NCBI RefSeq assembly: GCF_004010195.1
Contig: NC_057749.1
Span: 10,650,409-10,714,408, forward strand
DNA length: 64,000 nt
Source: Chiloscyllium plagiosum
Lineage: Eukaryota
Direction: 5' to 3'
The notes under the pieces are model-generated. The model saw nothing but the letters and a program-made list of their open reading frames with translations. It made no database searches and was not told the origin of the DNA. The stretch's first letter is position 1; the number at the start of each line of letters is the position of its first letter. The position numbers and the translations under genes are program-made. This document shows positions 52,297-64,000 of the stretch, one piece after another.

Positions 52297-54484
52297 TCTA
52301 CGCCCTCTGCATCATCATCGGGCTGATGACTACCTGTGCCCTAATCTCAGGAATGTTCCTCTCCTAATCACCATTAGACCATTATAACATCTCGCCCACC
52401 AGCCACCAAGAAACCCCTTTAAGCAAAACCGAAACAATGATTTCTGACAGAGTAGGCGAGTGATAAACGATAGTCCAGAAAGATTGATTTATTGAACAAC
52501 GCCAGCTCTCCTGTACAGCACGATTCCCACAATGGAATCCCTGTAAGAAGTGTACAATCTTGAGATTAATGAGCAGAGTATACATGAAGTCTTTGTGGAA
52601 AATAAATTGTGCATCAACTGTCTTTCAGAGAATGACAGACCGGTAACCTGAAAAGCAGAATCAAGGCAAAAATCAATCTTAGCCTCATAATAATTACCGC
52701 TGGCTCTTGGCCTCTCAAGCAATGAGTGTATTTCAAAATGAGCATAAATACTGGCTCGTCCTGGCAGTCAAAATGAGATCCATTTCTAATACAAAAGGGC
52801 TTAGCTGTGTTGTTTCTTTTTAATGAATAATTTGTTGCGGGAGTCCCTTGGCTTTTCCTGTCTTGTTTCCTGGCTCTTGCAGTAACTGGGAGTGACGTGT
52901 GAATGGGGAATTACATTTCCCTGGAATGTTGCCATTAGGAGCCACAATCATAGCTGCCTATGCTCTCTCTTCTTCCGTAGCCACAGTCAACTATTATCCA
53001 ATCCAATGTTCATGAGTCAACAAAACCCATCACACACTAGGTCAACAGTTTAGAACTTTTCCTGTTAAGACATAGATAAACAAACTGTTTGTTGGCCTGA
53101 ACTAGCTATCCCTGGCCTGGCTCTTAGAGTGAGACCATGCCGTCAACTTTACGTTCGTATTTTGCTTTTTATTTGATGGGCATCGCTAGCTGGGCCAGCA
53201 TTTATTGCCTGTCCCTCATTGCCCTTGAGAAGGTGGGGGGTGAGCTGCCTTCTTGAACCGATGCAGTCCGTGTGGTGTTGCTAAACCTACAATGCCCTTA
53301 GTGGGGGGAAATCCAGAATATTGTCCCAATGGCACTGAAGGAACAGAGATATTATTTATTGGACTGGGGAAGAAACAGCCAGAATTTGTGTTCATTGAGT
53401 TCTAGAGGTCTGCAGCACTGAAAATACCTTTTGACACATCAAGTTTAAAACAAGCATCTAACTTTTCGAATCCCATTTTACAATAAATATTTTCTCACCT
53501 ATGAAACATTAAAGAAGTTCAGTCTCATGATCTTTAAGCTCTATTTAATTTTTTTATGATGTGGAGGTACGGGGTGGGGGGGGGGGGGGAGAATGAAAGT
53601 CAGAAGTCATGTGACATCAGGTTATAGTCCAAAAGGTTTATTTGAAATCACAAGCTTTTGGAGCGCTGCCCCTTTGTCACCTGACACTTCATCTGGTGTT
53701 GTGAGACTTCTAAATTCTTTTATTCATTTGTGGGATGTAGGCATCATTGGCTAGACCAGCATTCATTACCCGTCCCCAACTGTGCTCAAGAAAGGGGTAG
53801 TGAGCTGCCTCAGAACCCACTCAACTATAATTTAACTGGGGAAGGGGCGACTCCACTATTTCTTCGCTTCCTTATAGCAATTCAATCTGAAGCTAAAATT
53901 AAAAACATCTGATTCCTGACTGTTTTACACAAGGAATTACGATGCTCTGGAAATCACTATCTTGTGGTGTTCAGTTATTCTTTGATGGATTATGAGAGTC
54001 TGGCAACTGATCTACGTTCACTGGGCTTGACTGATTCAGCCTGGGCACGGACTCACAGCAAAGTCACTAGAAGCTGAACCATAAGCGTGAGTGCAGAGAT
54101 ATTTTAGAAGCTTCGGAAATAAAACCTATTGCAAACTTAGAAATTAGGAACAGGGGTGGCTCATTCAGCCCTTTGAGCCAACTCTGCTTTGTTTTGAGTC
54201 AAATCAAACATATTAAAAAACATGCAGCCTGAAAGGGCGGTAACTGCAATTACAATAACTTTCAAAAAGAGACTAGATAAATATTCAAAATTGCTGGCTC
54301 TTGGGGAAAGGGAAGAGATGGGACTAAACTGCACAGCTCTTTCAAAGACCTGGCACAGACAGAATGGGCCAAATGGCCCACATCTTGGGTTTTATGTCTC
54401 CTCCTGAGGACGTTTCTTATGTCAATGATAAATTGAAAACTTCTGGAAAACACAGACTCACAAATCAAGAATTGCTATCATTTA

Positions 54485-54625
54485 TGATTCGGAGATGCCG
54501 GTGTTGGACTGGGGTGTACAAAGTTAAAAATCACACAACTCCAGGTTATAGTCCAACAGGTTTAATTGGAAGCACACTAGCTTTCGGAGCAACGCTCCTT
54601 CATCAGGTGTTTGTCATCAGGTGAT
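54485..54625 (-). mobile_element. single-arm P2-family PLE-type insertion
   Basis: Near-identical to arms at 18736-18850 and 57082-57192. Confidence 0.85.
54574..54610 (-). ncRNA. minimal hammerhead ribozyme motif (intact core, perfect stems)
   Basis: Minus strand acac-CTGATGA-A-GGAGC(GTT)GCTCC-GAAAG-CTA-gtgt; palindromic AGCT stem III. Confidence 0.8.
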
Positions 54626-55173
54626 TTATAGTCACCATTAGCTTTATATCTCAGATTTATTCATTCACATCCCACCAGTTGCCTTAGTGGGATTTGAACC
54701 CTGAATTAACCTGAACCTCTGGATTACTTACCCAGTGATATTACCACTAGGCCACTGCCTGATCACAGTGGGTTTAGCTTGGGTGTGGACTCAGAGAAAA
54801 GAAACCAAAGCCATAAAGACATCTGGAAGCCTGAGCTGTGGCTAGAATTTGTCAGGCTGCAAAGGCGAGTAATGGACAGAAAGTTCTTATAGATATTGCA
54901 AACACTAAAAACTAAATAAAACCTGCTCAGGTTTTGGATTGGCGGTTTTCTACTGGTGCACTGGGAGAACTGTCCTAGTGCACCGTGACAAAGGTAATGA
55001 AAACCAACGTAAAACAAACATCATTTCATCTTAAACAACATTCTACCTACTCAAAATTACGATTCATAAAAGTCAATAAAATTCATCACCTAATTAAAAG
55101 TGAGCTTTAGTACGTGCCTCTGAACGAAATGCAATGTGTAAGGAACAGATTTAGGCCATGAATTAGACCCATT

Positions 55174-55935
55174 GAGTCACAGAGATATACAGCACGGAAA
55201 CTGACCCTTTGGACCAACTTATCAGTGCTGACTAGATATCCTGAATAGATCTAGTCCCATTTGCCAGTGTTTTGCCTATATCCTTCTAAACCTTCCTATG
55301 CATATACCCATCCAGACATCTTTTAAATGTTGTCATTTTACCAGCCTTCACCATCCTCTGGCAGCTCATTTCATGCATGCACTACCTTCTGCATGAAAAC
55401 ATTGCCCCTCAGGTCCCTTTTCAATCTTTCCCCTCTCACCTTAAACATATGCCCTCTAAGTTTGGACTCCCCCAACCCAGGAAAAATACCTTGTCTATTT
55501 ATCCTATTCATGCACCTCATGACTTGATAAACCTCAATAAGGTCACCCCTCAGCCTCCAAAGCTCTAGGGAAAACAGCCCCAGCTTTTTCAGCCTCTCCC
55601 TATAGCCTAAATCCTCCAATCCTGGCAACATCTATGTAAATCTTTCCTGAACACTCTCAAGTTTCACAACATCCTTCCTATAACAGGGAGGCCAGAATTG
55701 CACACAGTGTTCCTAGAGCCACAACATAACTTTCCAACTCCTATACTCAATGCACTGACCAATAAAGGCAAGTGTACCAAATGCCTTCTTCACTATCCTA
55801 TCTACCTGCAACTTCACTTTCAAGGAACTATGAACCTGCACTCCAAAGTCTCTTTATTCAGCAATGCTCCCCAGGACCTTACCATTAGGTGTGTAAGTCC
55901 TGTTCCAATTTACCTTTCCAAAATGCAGCACCTCT
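55174..55935 (-). mobile_element. CR1/HER1-type LINE 3' fragment
   Basis: YRERLKKLGLFSLELWRLRGDLIEVY...; EVLHFGK. Confidence 0.85.
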
Positions 55936-57081
55936 GTTAGATATAGTTGGGTTGAGCAGATTTTGAAAATGGGTCTGTGCTCACAATAAAATACAATGTA
56001 TTTTTGCTGGAGCATTTGATCCTTATTTAGCTTATTGTACACGGTATGTGTAAACCTCTCCAGGAAGACTATATATAAGTCAATGTTTATGAGCAATCAA
56101 CTCTGCTGAAAGAAAAGTAACAGTGCAGTGGAATTGTTTGCATCATTGAAGTTGCTGTGGTAATGAAAGGGTTGAAAAACCACTGGTCTAGGTTGCTGAC
56201 TGCTGTCAGTCTAATCCTACTGAAAGATGCATGAGGAAGCAAAGACAATGTTGCACTGTACAATAACAGACGGTGACAGAGCAGCATCTAAATCCTCATG
56301 TTTGCTGAGCAGACAGCAACACTTACACGAGTGCTTGGAACTGGTGGCAGTGCACTTGTAAAAGGCTAAAATACAGGAGCATCTGCGTTCAAGTGACAAT
56401 GATAGCAACTACAGTCGGCAATCCAATCAAGCTGGGGCTGAACACTGGTTTCATTCATCAACAACTTGCTAATTACCCAGTCAGAGCTACACCAACAGAA
56501 CAATAATATTTGCAAACCTCCCTTGGGCATTAAGAGACTGGTGTCACTAAATGCAAGGGTCTACTTCAAATAAACCCGATGGAAAGAGCATCTGGGAACA
56601 AGACTGTGACCATATGTACCCTATTTTACAATGCTTCGGTTTCTGGTTCCCTCAGTGAAGTTTACACTTGAGCCCTGAGTGAGATGCAGCATTTGCAAAG
56701 TCCCAGACTAGGTTTTGCAGAACTCCTTGGATGCTGCCTGACCTGCTGTACTTTTCCAGCACCACTCTAATCTTGACTCTATAGTTACACTGCCATTTGA
56801 CCAATCAATGCTCAACGGCCTTCTGTCCTTAATCACCTTGTGATTCGGATATGATGGGTCAAAGCCCAGACATCTATTCAGTGCAGGACCGACCTGCAGA
56901 GTAGGCTGAAAATAGTTACAACTCCACACTGCCAGTGCCTTGCACCAACTCAATTCTCATTCACTCCTTCAATTTGAACACATTGGGTTGCCGCGGGTCA
57001 GCTGATTGCATTTCAACCCGAGCCCTCAATTGGATGAGATTGCAAAGCCTTCCATTGTAGAAGACAATTAGTACCTGAAAT

Positions 57082-57256
57082 GATTTGGAGATGCCAGTGT
57101 TGGACTGGGATATACAAAGTTAAAAATCACACAACACCAGGTTATAGTCCAACAGGTTTATTTGGCAGCACTAGCTATCGAAGCGCTGCTCCTGATGAAC
57201 ACTTGACGAAGGAGCAGCACTTGGAAAGCTAGTACTTCCAAATAAACCTGTTGGAC
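57082..57256. mobile_element. short palindromic PLE-type insertion (family P2)
   Basis: TSD tagtacctgaaat at 57069-57081 and 57257-57269. Confidence 0.85.
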
Positions 57257-57391
57257 TAGTACCTGAAATTGTTAATTAACATCATGTAATAATTTCCAAT
57301 TACAAAAGACAGCTGTAACAAACACAGAGAATGCTGAAGAAAATTAGCAGTTTCTGTGAGGAGAGAAACAAAGTTAACTTTGTCTGAAGGT

Positions 57392-58173
57392 CTGAATTAG
57401 ACTACAGACAGGAGGTGGAAGACCTGGAAAAATAGTGCATTGAAAACAACCGAGCTCTCAATGCCGGTTAAATCAAGGAACTCATCATTGACTTTTGGCA
57501 GGATGTTACTCATGCCCCCCTACACATTGGAACGAGTGGAGAGTGTTAAGCTCCTGGGAGTGGTCATCCACAACAAACCTTCTTGGACTCTTCATGTGGC
57601 TGCACTGGTTACAAAGGCCCAACAACGTCGCTTCTTCCACAGGCAGCTGAGGAAATTTGGTATGATGGCGAATACTTTTGCCAACATTTATCGGTGCGCC
57701 ATCGAGACCATTCTGTCTGGATGTATCACTACCTAGTATGGCAACTGTACCATTCAAGATTGGAGATGGTTACAGAGAGTGGTGAACTCAGCCCGGACAA
57801 TCACAAAGGTCAACCTCCCCTCCATAGAATCCATCTACCAGGCTCGCTGTCAAGGAAAGGCTGCCAGCATTCTCAAAGATCCATCCCACCCCGGCAATGT
57901 TTTTTTACAACCTCTATCATCGGGAAGAAAGTACAAAAGCTTGAACACCTGCACCAGCCGGTTTCAAAACAGTTTCTACCCTACTATTGTTAGAATACTG
58001 AATGGACTCACAAACTCTTAACATTCACCTGTCCTTGTGTTTTTGTTTTTGCCGCTGTTTATCTACTATTTACTTTTCTATGCTATTTAACTCTGTGATC
58101 TGCCTGTATTGCTCGCAAGACAAAGCTTTTCACTGTGCCTTGGTACACGTGACAATAAATTCAACTCAATTCA
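57392..58173 (+). mobile_element. Rex1/Babar-type LINE 3' fragment
   Basis: ERVESVKLLGV...KAQQRRFFHRQLRKFG...YRCAIETILSGCITT; LKDPSHPG...SRFQNSFYP; tail gtgacaataaattcaactcaattca. Confidence 0.8.
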
Positions 58174-59186
58174 GACTCTGAAGAAGAGTTCTCCCCAACT
58201 TGAAATGTTACCTCACAGAGGCTGCTGGATCTGCTGAGTGTCTCCAGCATTCTCTGTGTTGTTTTTACAGATTTCCAACAACCGCAGTATTTTGCTTTTA
58301 CCTGGGAGGAGCTCATCAGTTCTTCCATTCTCTCTAAGTTGTATATCAGAATGTTTCAGTACCAGTAATGTGTACTTACTCTAAACTCAAGTCTGCAATT
58401 TTACAAGCCTTAGGCTCTCATCTATCTTAGTAGCAATACAATCAGCTATTAAGTACTACATAATAAACCTGTTTCTTAAGACTGTGTCAATTTAGTATTT
58501 AGGAGGAGAAGGATTAGTGGCAATGAATCTACACAAGGAATTACAAATGGTGCACACAAGCACACTATAGCTTGCTAGCAGCACTGATACCAATAAATAT
58601 AACATCTTAAACATTCCACAAACAGAAACAGAAATTGCTGGCAAAACCCAGCAGGTCTGGCAGCATCTGTAAAGAGAAATCAGAGTTAACGTTTTGGTTC
58701 CAATGACCCTTAGTCATAGAGTTATACAGCATGGAAACAGACTCCTCGGTCCAACTCGTACACACCGACCAGATACCCTAAATTAATCTACTCCCATTTG
58801 TCAGCATTTGACCCATATCCCTCGAACCCTTTCCTATTCGTATACCCATCCAGAAGCCTTTCAAATGTTGTAATTACACCAGCCTCCCCCACCTTCCTCT
58901 GGTAGCTTATTCCATACACACACCATCCTCTGGACCTGAAACATTAATTCTAATTTCACTCCACAGATGCTGAGTTCTTCCAGCAATTTCTGTTCTTGTT
59001 TCCAATTTCCAGCATCTGCAGTTCTTTTCAGTTTTAATCTTGGGAATTTCTCCTGTTTCCATGTTGCCATTTCAACACTCACAGAGCTGGTCAGCAACTG
59101 CAGGGATTGTCTTAGTAAAGTCATGGTGCTTAATACAGTACCTTCAATAAAGTACAACATTTAGAGGTGCTTGTGAAGGAAATTTA

Positions 59187-59397
59187 CAGTCAGTTCTTCT
59201 ACAACGCGATGGTTGTATTCTTGTGAAGCCTCGCATTATAGAAAAATGGTGCTTTAGAAACAGCGTTTAAAGTGAAGGCGATGTAATTGGCGTTACAGCC
59301 AATATATGTTTTAAAAGTTTGCGACTTAGAAATAAATTGTCAATTGAGTTACAGCAAATACACATTGACGAAAAGCAAGTTATAGCAGAATGACCTG
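59187..59397. mobile_element. Tc1/mariner-superfamily (Tigger-like) MITE
   Basis: TA|cagtcagttcttctacaac ... gttatagcagaatgacctg|TA imperfect TIRs with TA on both flanks. Confidence 0.65.
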
Positions 59398-59759
59398 TAC
59401 AGGAAAAGAGTTTACCCCAAGCCAGCATGAGAAGGAATTAACTAACAGCTTGATCAAACAGGAGTGTTTTCAGGAATGAAGGAGGCAGAAGGATTCAGGA
59501 AGAGTATTTCAGAGTTTCAGTAAAGGACTCAGCGACACAGCAATCAATGTGAAATTGAAGAATTCAAAGACCCAGCAGAAAAAGTTGCAAGTTCCCTGCA
59601 AATGGGCTTTTCTAGGAAGGACTGAACCGTTCCTGGAAATTCCAGGTGGTTGTGTTTGTAAAAGCACAACAGGAAATGGGAAGTTACTGAACCGCCCCTG
59701 ACCCACCAGGCCTCTTGACGTTGTGTCACCAGTTAAAGTGCCCGTGTGTTTTCGCCTAC

Positions 59760-59880
59760 CTGGGGGTGACCTTGGCTGGCGTGATGAGGAACATCAAAAA
59801 AGGACTGGTGCAGACTTGGATGGTTTACTGCAGTGGCATTAATGCCAGCCAGCCAGGGACTCTTCATCAATATTGCATTT
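59760..59880 (-). CDS. ccdc33: CCDC33-like coding exon (121 bp, phase 2/0): NAILMKSPWLAGINATAVNHPSLHQSFFDVPHHASQGHPQ
   Basis: tttttttaaccag| acceptor, CAG|gtaggc donor; end resembles recalled human NFDVPRVSQNGCPQ; in phase with the 46169 exon. Confidence 0.85.
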
Positions 59881-60223
59881 CTGGTTAAAAAAAAAAGGAA
59901 TATATTAATAAGGAGAGATGGTGGCAAAGTGGTCATTTATTTGTAATCCAGGGGCTCAGGCTTATCTTTATAGGATATAGGTTCAAATCCCACAAGAGGA
60001 GCTGGTGGAACTTTAATTCACTTCATAATTCAGGAATTGGACACTAGTCTCAGTGATGGTGATCATGAGAACAAATGTTGATTGTTGTAAAAATCTTTCT
60101 GGTTCATTAAAATCTTTTAGGGAAGGACGTAAGATCATAAGATATAAGAGCAGACGTGTGCCATTCAGTGAGGGTGTCTTTTTTTGCCCTTTTAAAGTAT
60201 CAGCTGCAGAGTCTTTGTTGCCT

Positions 60224-60480
60224 TGTGTGTGTGCGTGTGTGTGCACGCGCTCATGTGAGTGAGAGAGAGAGAGTGTGTGTGTGTGTGTGCACGTGCTCAT
60301 GTGAGAGAGAGAGTGTGTGCGTGTGTGTGCACGCGCTCATGTGAGTGAGAGAGAGAGAGAGTGTGCGTGTGTGTGTGTATGCATGTGTATGCACGTGCTC
60401 ATGTGAGAGAGAGTGTGTGCACGCGCTCATGTGAGTGAGAGAGAGAGAGTGTGTGCGTGTGTGTGTATCTGTATCTGTGT
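60224..60480. repeat. compound TG/AG tandem repeat with recurring gcacg(c/t)gctcatgtgag core
   Basis: Five cores at ~35-60 bp spacing. Confidence 0.85.
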
Positions 60481-63126
60481 GGGATTAAAAAGAATTTTAG
60501 TTCTAATTCCAGATTACAGTTTTTAGATGTTAACCAGTTTCACCACAGATTATTTTTCATTTCTCTAAAGAAACTTGGTGAAAGTCTCTTTAGTAAGAAG
60601 TAAAGGAAATAATTTGCCATTTTGGAGACTGAATCAGCACATTTGTACGAAGGGTGTTATTCATGGGAAGTAATGAGACTTGATTATCAGCATATTCCTC
60701 CTGTCACTGATGTAAAATTAATTTAAAAATTTAATATCTGCACATCCACCATACTTTGGAATACTAACTCTCCCCACACCCCATTGTTAGCTTTCCTATA
60801 AGTTCCCTCTGTGTGGTTCACATTTCATTGTTATATTGACTGTTCCCAGTCCTGCTGGCGTTACAATCCTGATGCTTGTTAACTCAACCCCCATGTTCCT
60901 TCACTCCTAGTGGGAAATGAAGCTGTCTCTCCTGATATTGGGGCTTAAATTCAGGCCAATGAAAACCAAGCTGTGCCACTATTACTTATTGATCTACTCA
61001 GGGTTTCTATCTTGCCACTAGGCTTTGATGGGCTCTGGCTTTCTCAATGAATACGCATCAATCCACAGGAAGACATCATAAATAATACAATGGAGCCTCA
61101 CAAAGTAGGCTGTGCTGTGTTTATTGATTTTAATTGAGAAACTTAGGTGAAGGGCTAAGTCCCATCAAAGGTGGGAAGACTAACAAAGCACTTGGGATAG
61201 ATTAATAAGTAATGACTAACAGCTTGGATCCTTGCCTGGGGTTTACCTCATGGCTGGTTTCCCAACTGAAGCCCTGCTATCAGGATCTATGACAAATAAC
61301 GAGAGAGAGAGAGAGAGAGAAAGAAAGAGACGAAAATTGAGAGAGATAGAGAAAAAGAGAAAGAGATGGAGAGAGAGGGTGGGAAAGGCAAAAAGAAAGG
61401 AGAAGAGAGAGAAAAAGATAAAGAGAGAGGTAGGGGAGAGAGAGAAAGTGAAAGAAAGAGAAAAAAGGAGAACATACTGTGTGTTTGAGGGAGAGAGTTG
61501 AGGGGGAATAGATAGAGAAGTGAAGACAGTGAGATATAAAGATATAATCTGGATACGATCCTTAGTCCTGGTTAAATAAAGTGAAGTGATTTTTAAAAAA
61601 TTAACTGGCAGCAATAGTCATAGTCCAGACTGCAGCTCCACCAATCTCCATGGCAATCACTGGAAGCATGAGCACCAACCCGACCATAATGAGCCCAGGT
61701 TCCATGACCAACCAGCACCAGTCCAACAGAACTACAGCAAGAAGGATCCAGCGATCAGAAATGGGTCTGTAAGTATTGGCGGGTCAGTGAGGGATCTCAA
61801 TATCAGTCAGCACTGACGTCTCTGGAGGTGCAAGACCAGACAGCATAGAGGAACCAAGGAACCTTGCAATTCTTGGAATCTTACAAATATATCAAAGAGA
61901 TATTGTACTACAGGTTAAGAAAAACAAACCAAACTATGAGGCTTTACTCTCTGGAGGAACATGTTTGAAAATTAGTGATTTGTACAAAACCAGTATTGAA
62001 CCTTGATTAGAACATATTTGGAGGCCATAACCATTGCTAAAAAGAGATATGAAGTCTTGCTTTAATTAGGACTAGACTGTAAGAACTTAAAGTTAGAATG
62101 TAAATACTCTCTTTCGAGGTCTGGCTTCTTGCATCCTACTCCTACTTATGGGACAAAAAGATCTGAATGTGACGTTCTTTTAGCATTGCTTAAATCCTGC
62201 AACAAGCAACCAATAAGTCAGAGCATTAATGCAGCTCTGCTCACCACAGGCCTACACAGGAGATCCCCACCATCACCACTGTTCAAGAGAGCTCATCGTA
62301 CCTTTTGTCATTCAGGCATTTGGCAGGTCAGCAGTGGATATTTGTCCTTGGCGTCAAGGACCCAACCCCAACCTCATCTGCACCTATCCAGGGGTGGACG
62401 TCAGAAACCGGCTCATTGAAAGGTGTCAACCAATCAGCTCCTCTGTGCTCAGCAGCGCCACTAGAAAGGTTTTGGCTGCTGTTGGTAATATGCTCCCCCT
62501 CCCCCCCCCCCTCTATGGTCCTAGATTGAAGAAGGACTCAGACCACAGGTGAAGGATGGTAGAATAGGGATCTTGAGGGTCTGGTAATCTGGGGAGATTT
62601 GGTAGCAAGGTCAGTTTTTCAGCTGCCCAACCCTTTCCAGAAGCCGCAATCAGGCAACAATTGCCTTTGAATGGGGCCCAACCCCCACAACCCCCCACCC
62701 CGGAGATATTTTGTTCCTGCGCTCCTTCTGCGGAGAGTACCCCAACCACTAATGGGTTAATGCCAACAGCAGAAAGATGGGTCCCTTAAATGGGCACCAA
62801 TCGGCCCACTCCCATGAACTGTTCACGGGCTTTCCCACGGCAGAGTGAATTGGGGCGAGCCAGGAAGGAGACAGGTCCCCATCAACCATCACCCTCTCTC
62901 CTGCCACTTCCAAACCCAGCTCAGGGGAGCATTCCTCCCCGTATTGCGAATAGGACATGAACGCAGCAGTGAGAGAAAAGAAGGTTGCTAGGATACATGG
63001 GTTTAGATAAAAAGAAAGGATCTGGAGGCTGAGTCCTCTGTTTCTTGAATAAAGATTTGAAAGGGACCCAATAGAGGTCTTTGATCAAATGGAGAGGGTA
63101 CTCTCTCGTGTGGTGAATTCTCCACA

Positions 63127-64000
63127 AAGGTATACAGGAAAGCCACACACACAGACCAAGTCCTAAACTACGAAAGCAACCACCCCAACACAGACAAAAG
63201 AAGTTGCATCAAGACACTGTTCAAAAAGGCCGCAACACACTGCAGTACACCAGAACTGCAAAAAGAGGAAGAAAAACACCTCTACAATGTATTCGCCAAA
63301 AACGGATACCCCACAATTTCATCAACAGATGCCTAAGGGAAAGACAACGGATTGAGGACGTGCCACAACCCAAAGGACTAGCCACACTACCATACGTCAA
63401 AAACATTTCTGAACTGACAGCCAGACTACTGCGACCACTAGGACTCATAACAGCACACAAACCAACAGCCACGCTCAGACAACAACTCACCAGGATGAAG
63501 GACCCGATACCCAGCATGAGCAAAACCAATGTAGTGTACAAACTCCGATGCAAGGACTGCACAAAACATTACATAGGACAAACAGGAAGACAGCTAACGA
63601 TCCGCATCCATGAACACCAACTAGGCACGAAATGACATAACCAGCTATCCTTAGTAGTCACACACTCAGATAACAAGCTACATGAGTTTGACTGGGACAA
63701 CACTACTACTATAGGACAAGCCAAACAGAGAACAGCCAGGGAATTCCTAGAGGCATGGCACTCATTCACAGATTCAATCAATAAGCACATCGACCTGGAC
63801 CCAATATACCGGCCACTGCAGTGGACAGCTGGAACTGACACCCGGAAGCGGCAGATACAAATCACTATAAATGCCGGAGGAAACATCACAGAAGCGCTTC
63901 ACAGGAGGCTCCCAAGCACTGAGGATGTCACCTAGACAGGGGACGAAACATCTGCAACACAAATTCCCAGCTCGGCGAACAGAACCACAACAACAAGCAC
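63127..64000 (+). mobile_element. Penelope-like element 3' part (RT C-terminus, GIY-YIG, tail with hammerhead at 63916-63955)
   Basis: LATLPYVKNISELTARLLRPLG...NVVYKLRCKDCTKHYIGQTGR; gca-CTGAGGA-T-GTCACCT(AGAC)AGGGGAC-GAAAC-ATC-tgc; same family as 6669-7740. Confidence 0.9.

Noticed and set aside
61232..61614. Charged/hydrophobic ORFs (ERERK..., SLSLF...)
   Set aside because: GA-rich simple repeat.
62130..62950. GC-richer block resembling a promoter
   Set aside because: Could be an unclassified interspersed repeat; no TIR, TSD or TSS evidence that I could establish.

Overview
Vertebrate (shark/elasmobranch-type) genomic DNA, mostly intronic and repeat-rich. Five phase-compatible GT-AG coding exons of a CCDC33-like gene lie on the minus strand (59760-59880, 46040-46169, 41661-41794, 40174-40245, 18469-18684). 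The introns carry HE1 SINEs, CR1/HER1-type LINE fragments (including a 5' end with an SGNH-esterase ORF1), a second LINE/SINE pair, DeuSINEs, Rex1/Babar pieces, Penelope-like elements (PLEs), a Tc1/mariner-type MITE, a tRNA-Gly(TCC) pseudogene and minisatellites. The most striking structure is a set of about ten short, mostly palindromic PLE-type insertions from several families, many with 9-15 bp target-site duplications (TSDs). They carry minimal hammerhead ribozyme cores (CUGAnGA-stemII-GAAA with palindromic stem III), several of which look intact. Gene and family names come from recalled similarity, not database searches. Most ORFs in the supplied track are spurious.
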